The translations under genes were made by a program, and so were the position numbers. A model generated the notes under the pieces. It did no database searches. It had not been told where the DNA came from and saw only the letters and a program-made list of their open reading frames with translations. Positions 24,400 through 33,000 of a DNA stretch of 33,000 bases are shown piece by piece; within the stretch, counting starts at the first letter, position 1; every line of letters starts with the position of its first letter. Source of the stretch: Dicyema japonicum (lineage: Eukaryota; Animalia; Dicyemida). The stretch lies in contig RDEW01000042.1 of assembly GCA_011109175.1 (NCBI GenBank), forward strand, positions 442,168 to 475,167, written 5' to 3'.

Positions 24400-24890
24400 T
24401 TAGAGTTTGAAGAGGAGTGGGTTTTTTCCCAAATTTCGTGTATTCGAGGTTTCTTCCAAACGACTTGTTTCTTGGCCACACAGACAGATGAAGCCGGAGC
24501 CATTATTTTTGATTGAGGCGTGGTCAAGCATTGGAACGAAAAGACCGGGGGGTAGATTCGTTTGACGTGCTAGTTTGCCAATTAGGGTATTGATCTTGAG
24601 TGAATTTGATATCGAAGCTCCATAGGCCCATGAGGCACAAGCGTACTCAATCGTCGGTTTTAAGAGTTGATTGAACACGACGAGGGCGCATTCCTGTGAA
24701 GGTTTGGACTTCAAGAGCGGTTTGATTATATAAAGTTTCCTGAAACCCTTTGTCATAACGTTATTCTCATGTTGAGAAAATGTCATCAAAGGGTCAAATA
24801 TCACTCCCAGGATAGTTGGACGAATCTGTAGTGGTAAGGAGTCTCCAGGGGTTGGTTTAATTCTGAATGAACGATTGTTGATGCTGAAAG
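24400..24890 (-). mobile_element. Non-LTR RT C-terminal remnant
   Basis: RPTILGVIFDPLMTFSQH...LLKPTIEYACASW is the RT thumb region, similar to the 7035-7487 ORF. Confidence 0.8.
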
Positions 24891-25081
24891 GTTTCGGATG
24901 TTTTTTTTAAATTATCGATACATAAAATTTAATGAACACAATATTTAAAATTTAAAAGTTTAACTTTTATAATTTGCCTTTTAGTGGTATCTGATGTTAT
25001 TGTTATTAATAATAAATTCGGCATTTAAAATAGCTAACATCAGCCAGTTTCATGGTTGTTTTAACACATCAGGAAAAATTA

Positions 25082-25449
25082 CAATTCTTAAAGGAGAAAA
25101 TGCATAGTTATGTAGAATATTGAAGGGACTTTAGCTTCACATTAATGTATAAACCATTTATCACTTTTATAGTGGAAGGGCTATTACACGTCAAGAAATC
25201 CCATAAAAATTTGTGTTTGATGAATTACGTCACTACTTTGAATATGAGGGAAATGGTGGATTTCTTCCTTCAAAAACTAATTGCCAACTTTGCCTCTCTG
25301 CCTGGCATAGTCAAGGTACATTTCTAAAATAAATCCAGGACTACGTGTCTTTTCGGATACTGATTCGAAAAGGAAACACGACAGCATGTGATATGACCGA
25401 CTTAAAGTATTTGATTTTCCCAGTGAGTTGGATTCGATATAAACTGTAG
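25082..25449 (+). pseudogene. Host-like coding remnant with a 23-nt intron candidate
   Basis: QFLKEKMHSYVEY*RDFSFTLMYKPF...PGIVK, intron GTACATTTCTAAAATAAATCCAG (25316-25338), then DYVSFRILIRKG...RYKL*. Confidence 0.35.
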
Positions 25450-26169
25450 AATTCGGCTAATCAGGACCAATTTGAGAGAAGACGTCAAACTTAAAAGAAA
25501 CACCTCGCTCATGGACTTTTCGACCACATTCGGAGTTGCCTCACGTTGTATCGTTCCAATGACACCAAAGTTGTTAACTTAATAATTCAGATATGATATG
25601 GGCATCAGACAAGAATTGATGTTCTAGTGACACCCAGATACTCATCGGATGAGGATAAAGAGCATTGTACGGAGTATGGTCGCATGCAACAGTCGAACCC
25701 TTCCAAAGTCAGTTTTAAAGCCACGAAAAATAATCTTCCTTTGCTAGGTTTTTTAATTGTGGGAGATACAGGTAGTGGATTAAATTTATGAAAAATCTGC
25801 CTCTCCAAGATGGGGATCGACAGAATAAGCCAAGTCTGTGTGGTGATCCACAGTGGAAATCGAGAACTGAATCACCAATTTGCTACTGGTTAGTTTTTTT
25901 TGATTTAACCAAGATGCTCTTGTTGAAATGACAGGTCTATAAGAAGAGACGAGTCCTCAACTACCTTTCTTACGCGTCAGGTTTTGTCCACACTCATTTG
26001 AAATCCTTCTACAAACGGTTTTTTACTTCCCAGAAGAGTAAAACATGCCGTGGTATATGAAGTCTCGCATAACATCGCAAAAATGAAAGAAATGAGGTTG
26101 ATGGGAGATGGATGGGATCGACTCGACCCATTACGTCACATCATCTTTTACCCATGTTGATTAACAAGT

Positions 26170-26502
26170 TTGCTAGAGTTTATATTTGTAGTTCACTGGC
26201 CAGCTCAGGATGATGGCACGTGCACTTATGTACTGACTTTCAGAGACATTTGGAACCACGTGTCACGGAGCTTGAAGGGCTCTTTCACGAGCGAAGGCGA
26301 GATGATTCCTTTCTTTGAAGAGGTGTTGGAAGTAATGAGACAGAAGGTAATCTCTATCAGAGTGGCCTTCCCCAAGTTGATAATGGAAGAGGCTCTCCAG
26401 TCATATAAAGAAGTTTCCGAAGTAGTGGACACATGTATATTAGTAAAAAGTGTATCAAATTTCGTCCAATTGCAATTATCAAGGGATAGTTGCTATTCTT
26501 AA
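26170..26502 (+). CDS. Hypothetical 110-codon ORF, unknown
   Basis: Open, protein-like composition; alternative start codon; no motif recognised. Confidence 0.25.
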   Translation: MLEFIFVVHWPAQDDGTCTYVLTFRDIWNHVSRSLKGSFTSEGEMIPFFEEVLEVMRQKVISIRVAFPKLIMEEALQSYKEVSEVVDTCILVKSVSNFVQLQLSRDSCYS

Positions 26503-27120
26503 TTTTAATGAATTTAATTTATTTAATTGGCTGACTCGCTTTTTTTATAATATTTTTATTTTTGTTCTATGGCCAATCTTTCCAACTAGAAAAAATGAGT
26601 ATGTGCGACGATTTTAATATTCTTTAAGAAAATTGTTCCATCTGACTTGTTACTATAGTTAATTACTCAACTATTACTACCCAGGATGATGGCTGCCTCT
26701 AAACTCCTACCCCGATTGCTATACGGTCCCATAAATCTTTCAGAGTGGGATGAATGTGATATCTATGTCTGAGTGAGTCAAGAAACCGAATTTGTTCACA
26801 CTGAAATTTCCAGATTATATCTGAGAGAGGGAACATCTTTCAATAGTAGCTTCTGTGGATTGAGTGACTAGGAAGGGAATTCGAGCGTTGGATTTCAGTT
26901 TATCTAGCAGTTCGCACAAATAGCTAACATAGTTAGTGTCTCATAATCTGTGAGGATCTTAAAGGAAATGAATCAACGTAAATTGGCGTCCATTCAGTCT
27001 TTATTTATGCGCCAATTACGTGAAAGCATCTGATACCGACAAATCTCTTCCATAGATTACTAGAAGAGAAAACAATTCAAATATAGTCAAAACGATAGGA
27101 TAAATTAAAATCCGCTACTA

Positions 27121-27200
27121 CAGTCCGACCTTGATTTGGAACAAACCTCTGGACAGGAACAATTCAGTTTTTGGAATAACCTCAGTTTTTGGAACACTTT
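27121..27200 (+). mobile_element. Solo pogo-like end with subterminal repeats
   Basis: TA+CAGTCCGACCTTGATTTGGAAC followed by TCAGTTTTTGGAA twice; no partner end found. Confidence 0.4.
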
Positions 27201-27759
27201 AGGATCTCTGCCAAAAATACTTAAATTTCGATTTGGAACTGAATTTATTACTATTTTTTTTATTTTTAGTCATTAAAAAATTAATAATTTTTTAATAAAA
27301 AAACTCCACACTAAATCATTATGATTCTTAGTTACGGTCTGTTAGACTCCTTCATGTTTTCGAGATTGCGATTTTTCGGAAGCTGTCTAGATCATCTGCG
27401 TCTTCTAATGGCATTTTAAAATGTTTAGATAGATGTTCATTGTTCGTGGATTCCTTCTAAAAGCCACCCGAGCAGAAAAATGATTGCATAATATCGTAAG
27501 CAGGGACGGTATTATTCTTCCATAGTATATACCCAAATAATCCCCATCGAGTCTTAGTAATAATTTAATCCATGTGCTTCGATTTATAAACTGTGTATAG
27601 GTCTTGGTTTTTAATAAGTACGATTTCTCCAGGGTGAGTTTTACAAATACATCCAATTGAGGGACGTCACCGCCTCAGCCAATAACTGGAATAGTCATAT
27701 CTTGATTTTTTTAAAAATTACTGAAACATTTAGATAATGAATATCTATTAAATGCAGGC

Positions 27760-29520
27760 CTCATTGCGTAGCTGTTCCCTCACAGAATTGCCAGCGAATT
27801 TCGCTCAAACAGCCAGCGCTGTTCGCGAGATCTCCAGTGCTTGAGGTTTTCCGGTTTCCAAGACGTCCGAAAAACTAGATTGTAGAGGGGGAGTAGGATC
27901 TGGAAGTCTCCATAGCAATGGGAACAAATTTGAGATTATCAGGAAGGTCGACGTATTTTTCGAGTTTGGCCTTCTCCGCCTTGACGGCTGCAGAGCAGGC
28001 CTTGAAACGCACTCGTGAAGATTGTTCGGAACGATCATGTCTGTACATGTCACGACCCAAACAAGTGGTTTCCGGTATCGATGGGAAATATGGTTATCCC
28101 GTCCGGTCGTTTCCCTTCACTTCTGCATAACCCGACCGGTTCAAGAATGACCGAGTATCCAGCAGCATCCATAGCTTGCTTGACAATCTCATTCAGAGCC
28201 TTGTGCTTTGGAGATCTGCCAGTGCTCCTCTTGCAGGCGAGAGGGTGCAAACCATAGCAGTCTATCAAGATGCCAACATCGGCAAGGGTGAGTACACATA
28301 CTTTTAGTCCCAGCCGCAGAGAGATACAATTTCTAACGCATTCATCATCCAGAAAGGTGCCCATGATTCCTTTGGGGATGGCGTTTAACGAAGCTCAGCT
28401 CTCAGGGGAAGCCCTGAAAAAACAAGCGCGTCGGTGTTGATTTGCTGATTCCAGTAGGAGTCCAAGTGATTTCCAACATAATAAATTGTCCAGGTTTCGC
28501 TGGCAGTCTTGTGAAAGAGGCAGGGGGAGGTTGGTGGCATTCCAGGCTTTTCGTGGTGGATTATGTCTTGGTCAATTGAGAATTCGGGTAGGAATTGTAT
28601 AATCCACCTGACCAAAGGTTTGCAGGTAGTGAGACGTCCAAAGTACGACGGATTCCAAGACCCCCAAATCTAACTGGGAGTGTAGCTTGCTTCCATGTAG
28701 CATCGTCGAATTTGACATTAAATATTTGCTCCGTTGAGCTGAGGAAAGACAAATCAAAATACTCAAGCTGTTCCAGTTGGGAATAGTACGGGGCTGTCCT
28801 GATTAAATAGCCGATTCTCTGAATGTTAAGACTTCTTTTCATGAGGAATAGTCCTGAGTGTGAGTCAAGTAGCTGATTCGCATAGGAGTTGTTTTTTTGT
28901 CAAGGAGGACATGCTTCATCGGATTCCTAGTGATTGTCAAGGAGTCATGCTTCATCGCATTCCTAGTGGTTGTCAAGGAGTTGAACTCCGAGTCTCAGTT
29001 GAACGGATGCAAAAGGACGGGAGGTCCGTAAAGTGAGTTCCATCCATAAATGTGCGGATGTTGTTCTTTATTTCAATCGAGAGAGACTGTTTCAAGGAGG
29101 AGCCAAGTGCGAATGGAGCAAAATTAAACAAACGTACTCACTTGTTTATAGAGTCGGAGTAGAGAGCATCGTCAATTGCTTTAGTTAAGGCTTCGGCAGC
29201 TAGAAGGCGTGCTGCTTTTGGGATCTTCACCGGGATTCTCCACGATGAACGGCGTTCATTGATAATTTTGAGTAGCGAATCTGGATCCAATTCGGAAAGG
29301 TCTTCTCCCGAGGTGTATGCACTCGCGTGACCATTAGGAAACCCCAGCCAACTCCAAGGCACGAGCGCCAGTGCCTTATCCCAAAGGCGCGGATGGAGGT
29401 CTAGAGAGCTTCAAACATCCGAGGTGAAAAAAACCTCCACAGACAGAACAAGAAATTCCGAACTTTCTCAAATTGCTCATGTTGCAGGCAGAGCAATTAG
29501 ACAATGACTCTTCAAGTAAC
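27760..29520 (-). mobile_element. CRE-clade non-LTR retrotransposon remnant (PHD-like finger, N-terminal region, post-RT region, CCHC finger, RLE); RT core deleted
   Basis: Motifs in order across frameshifts: CSAC-x11-CSVC-x4-H-x2-C; KIPKAARLLAAEAL; LDSHSGLFLMKRSLNIQRIGYLIRTAPY; WKQATLPVRFGGLGIR; C.C...ID.YGLHPLAC; KHKALNEIVKQA...EP.GL.R.EGKRPDGIT; W.VTCTD; AEKAKLEKY..KFVPIAMETS; WLFERNSLAI. These are typical of RLE-bearing CRE elements. Confidence 0.82.
28897..28980. repeat. 36-37-bp tandem duplication (about 2.3 copies) inside the CRE remnant
   Basis: TTGTCAAGGAG(G)xCATGCTTCATCGxATTCCTAGTG units start at 28897, 28934 and 28970. Confidence 0.9.
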
Positions 29521-29829
29521 ATCTCACTGAATAAACAATAGGGTAATAGTCAAGAATAGGGGGATTAATTTTAATAATAAATTTTAATAATTCATAAATA
29601 TATTCATAAATTTTAATTTTTTTTATTAATAAATTAATGTAACAAATGCGTCTAGTGAGATTATCTCAAGAAAAATTAAATTAAATTTGTAACAATTTAA
29701 ACCTAGCATGAAATATTATACCATTTGACGTATTTCAGCATAAGAAACTCTCTAAAAATCTCTCTATCATGACATCATGACACCTTTGATGGTATTTATA
29801 TTTCATGCGGTTTGTGGTTCTCCTTTATT

Positions 29830-31620
29830 TATACTCGGGAGAACATATCCACGTCCAACTTTCCAATTCTAAATAACATTATAAGAGTGCAAAGCACTCT
29901 GACACCAGTTATCTCACTGGTCTCATACATAGAGGTAGTTTGATGTATACGGGTTTTGAAGTACAATTGAAGATAATCAAGAAAGCCATTGAAGAGGAAC
30001 AAGACTGTCTCAAGAACAATGTTTAAGGGTAGAAGCAAGCAAACTAAACACCAAAGACCCCTCGTTCTGGAAGTTCTACAAAAGAATAACTGGCAAGAAT
30101 AGGAATGACATAAAATCTCCTTGACCAAGCCAGAAGGTGGACTATGTTCTACTGAAGAAGCCTTTAAGAAGCAACTGGACAGCATTCAGGGAGTCAACCC
30201 GATGGAGCTTATTCCAAGGGAGATGTTAGATTCTTCACGTGAAGTTTTAACCTACTGTTTGGACGATCTCAAAGATACTGAAATGAAAATAACTACGGAA
30301 AAAGTCATGAGTGCAATCATGACAAGCAAGGCTAACGCTCCGGGACATGACCATCTAAGCATGAGATTGTTCAAGGAAGGCCCAGAGGCTCTATTTCCCA
30401 TACTGAAGAATTTATTCAATGCAAGCATTCATCATGGCCATGTTCCAAAACGATGGAAATTTCTATAATCAGAATGATTCTGAAACCGGGAAAATCGAGG
30501 AGGGACCCACTCAGCTATAGGCCGATGAGCCTCATCTCTTCGATCTCCAAGATTATCGAACGAATTATCTTCAGAAGGCTTAACGACCACGAAGAAAAAG
30601 TATTTTCCCTCACAGAACAATGTGGCTTCAGACCTGAAAATCATGCACGGACTGCATCTACAAGATCATTCAATGGTACTGAGAGGTCTGGAATTCAAAA
30701 GACTATTCAACCTGGTATGTTTGGATCTGTCCAAGGCTTTTGATAGCGTGTTGTACGAAGCCCTCCTATCAAGGCTAGCAGCTAGCATAAAAAAACTTTT
30801 CATGTGGATAAATGACTTTCTAGCAGGACGGACTTCCCAAGTACGTGTAGGAGCAAATATGTCAAAAGATATCATACTGAAGAGGGGAGTTCCACAGGGA
30901 TCTGTTTCAGCTTACTTCTGTTCATCGTATTATTGCCAGACCTCCCAACTTACCGGATATGAACACCAGATTATTGATATACGCTGATGATATTCTGATC
31001 ACGGATACATCCGGGAAATCAACTCTCTCGGAAAAAAGAATAAAGTTATTCAGTGAATAAGCACAGGACTGGTGCATCAAGAGAAGGAAGAGTCAGTCGC
31101 CTAAGGAAGCATCAGACCCAGCTTCAAACATCACTAAGAGATTTTCTTAAGTAAATTCACTGCGCTACCTCGGGGTAGTAATCGACTGGAGAGGTTTCTT
31201 CATGGAGGACATTAGACGAAGAAGGCGCTTCAAGCACTTTTATGTACAAGAAAGTAGTTTGTAAGCTTGGAAACCTTCTTGTTCATCATCATGAGAGTCA
31301 TTCTTCCGGAGCTGCTATATGGATGCGAAGCATAGATTTTTCTCTTGCCAAAGAGAAAGAATTATAATACTTATAAAAAAAACCAAAAGGTCGACAATAA
31401 AGTTGGCTTTGGGGAATAGGCTTTTTGATGTTCTCGGTACTAAAGAAGACAAGATTCTAACATCGGTAAAAATCTTGTAGAGAAAAGGATCGATGGGATC
31501 CCACGATAGAAGGAGACTAAATGGAGTCGGGGTGCATCAGAAGTGTCCAGGTAGCATAGGCGGACACGTTTAAACATCCCTTAAACTAACTCCTTACTTA
31601 CTGTTGAATAAATTGGTTTC
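29830..31620 (+). mobile_element. Frameshifted LINE ORF2 remnant (RT domain and 3' part)
   Basis: APGHDHLS..., ILKPGK..DPLSYRPMSLISSISKIIERII, QCGFRP, LDLSKAFDSV, RGVPQGSVS, LLIYADDILIT (YADD 30980-30991), LRYLGVVID, ILPELLYGCEA. Both ends approximate. Confidence 0.9.
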
Positions 31621-31680
31621 GGTTTTACTGTCCGAGCGGCAGTAATATAATAGTTTGTTAAAGTTCCAATACTTAATGGG

Positions 31681-31788
31681 TCGCATTTAACCGTAATCGT
31701 TACTTTCGGTCAAACGCTTAAACGATTTTAACGGCAATATCGATGTTACGGATCGTACTCAACCTGGAGTCGTTCTCAACCGGTGACA
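31681..31788. mobile_element. Solo ...GTGACA transposon end with repeated TCGTWCTCAACC motifs
   Basis: TCGTACTCAACC and TCGTTCTCAACC in tandem, a degenerate TCGCATTTAACC at 31681, ending GGTGACA; reverse complement begins TGTCAC like the Ginger TIR. Confidence 0.4.
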
Positions 31789-31849
31789 TTTATTTATTGT
31801 GGAAAATAAAATTAATTTAAAATTAAATTATGTCAATAGAATTTTAACT

Positions 31850-32300
31850 TATTTTAAGGTTTCCATTATGGCAGCAGTAATTTAAGACACAATGTGAGTT
31901 ATCAATAATGATAGAGAACCAATTTTCTGGAAGAGCCATCGTGTCATTCTAGACTCCTCCTTCCTCAGACTTCAATCCTCCCAATCAGCCCGATAAACTT
32001 TGTTGTAATAGGACCAAGCATTCGGTCGTCTCAACGGAGATCGGATGTATGCCAAAACCGATCTCTAATGCAACAATACCTCCTCCTTTTCCAATCTTTA
32101 GCAGTCAACGGAGCAGAACCTTTACACAGCGATAATCATATTCGCGTTTGAGAATGTACCAGCATATTTTGAATCCCAAGCAAGACTCTTTACTTGGTTC
32201 CACGGCATGGTAGTTACGCCATTCGGCCTCTTTCCACAACCTTTGTCCGTCGGGATCCAGAAGACAAATAATACCCCATTACAATCATATAACTGGTCTT
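31850..32300 (-). pseudogene. Possible AP-endonuclease fragment of a LINE
   Basis: WNQVKSL...MIIAV*...(frameshift) IGKGGGIVAL is in the order expected for APE WN, D(I/V)..QE and GGGV motifs. Confidence 0.35.
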
Positions 32301-32849
32301 AACTCTAATAAAGTGTGTCTCGCGTGAAAAAAACAGTTATTTATATTATTATTTTAATTTCTATTTAAATCTATCACAATTTATCCACGATTGTTTAGTA
32401 ATCATGCGAAAATCAAATCTGTTTAATATTTAATGGTTTTGTGAGAAAGAAAACTGAGAAGCAACATGAGACTAAGACTTGGTTTCAATCAGTGTTACAT
32501 AATTTAGGAACATGGTTAAAAAGTCTAAGTTGAATCTCGAAGATCTATAATTGTTCATTCTCTGTCTCACCATAGACGAAAGTAAGAATCATTGTGAGTG
32601 AGTAGTTACGCAGCAATAAGTTGTCGGAGGAATTCTCAGTAAAAACGATTGAATGATTTCTTTTGGAAATACCTGATTGCACGATAGAATGCTTATCAAG
32701 ATGATGATAGATCATTTGGGAGTTGTAAATATGTCAATCTTATAATGAAGACAAAATAATAAAAACAGAGGGTTTTTCCGCAATTATCTATTCAACTGAA
32801 ATATTACTTTCGTTCTTAAACTATTCATTGTAATGGAACGCCAGGAAAC

Positions 32850-32922
32850 CAGGGCTGCGGAGTCGAAAAATAATATTAGAGGAGTTGGAGTCGGTCTATA
32901 TTTTACTGACACCACAGCCCTG
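32850..32922. mobile_element. 73-bp hAT-type MITE
   Basis: CAGGGCTGCGGAGTC ... GACACCACAGCCCTG inverted ends; flanking 8-mers CAGGAAAC and CAGGCAAT match 6/8, consistent with a decayed 8-bp TSD. Confidence 0.7.
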
Positions 32923-33000
32923 CAGGCAATATTCAGTCGAATGGATTGGTCATTTTTAATTCTTGAAAAAATAATAACAAAATAATAGAAATTTCCTTAA

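Noticed and set aside
26699-26940. Apparent long minus-strand open frame
   Set aside because: Careful recount shows a stop after about 41 codons; not a continuous ORF.
27918-28786. Plus-strand ORFs 27918-28130, 28015-28257 and 28595-28786
   Set aside because: Antisense to the CRE RLE and post-RT coding frames.
16848-28980. CRISPR-like reading of the 39-bp and 36-37-bp repeats
   Set aside because: Only two to 2.3 copies, tandem or with a short fixed gap, no unique spacers and no cas genes.
29829-30875. Minus-strand ORFs 29829-30185, 30432-30644 and 30666-30875
   Set aside because: Antisense to the plus-strand LINE RT.
4500-31620. Bacterial RT systems (retron, group II intron, DGR, RT-Cas)
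   Set aside because: RT motifs and flanking domains (RLE, APE-like, zinc-knuckle ORF1) are eukaryotic non-LTR types, with no operon context or ncRNA.
1-33000. Alternative genetic code (TAA/TAG = Gln or TGA = Trp) to explain isolated in-frame stops
   Set aside because: All three stop types occur, together with frameshifts. TGA replaces different expected residues (Cys in a zinc knuckle near 17560, Gly before FREGRST, Trp in the 8.9-kb RT). Ordinary pseudogene decay is sufficient.

Overview
AT-rich eukaryotic DNA that is mostly a graveyard of decayed transposable elements and pseudogene fragments. I found no intact host gene, rRNA, tRNA or CRISPR array. Best-supported object: a complete 1,624-bp Ginger/Tdd-like DNA transposon (11021-12644) with TGT...ACA terminal inverted repeats, a perfect 5-bp GCATA target-site duplication, and a gypsy-integrase-like D,D35E transposase split by four (possibly five) 23-29-nt GT-AG introns. 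Similar tiny intron candidates occur in decayed host-like frames, so the host probably has ultra-short introns (a myxozoan-like parasite is my inference, not shown). Also present: an internally deleted CRE-clade non-LTR element with an N-terminal PHD-type finger and an RLE endonuclease (~27760-29520, minus); several LINE RT remnants (three related minus-strand copies, two RTE-like plus-strand copies, one longer plus-strand copy); an orphan LINE ORF1 with three zinc knuckles; Tc1/IS630-like fragments; pogo-like and hAT MITEs or ends; and a WD40-containing pseudogene. All translations and alignments were done by eye, no database searches were run, and family names rest on motif recognition.
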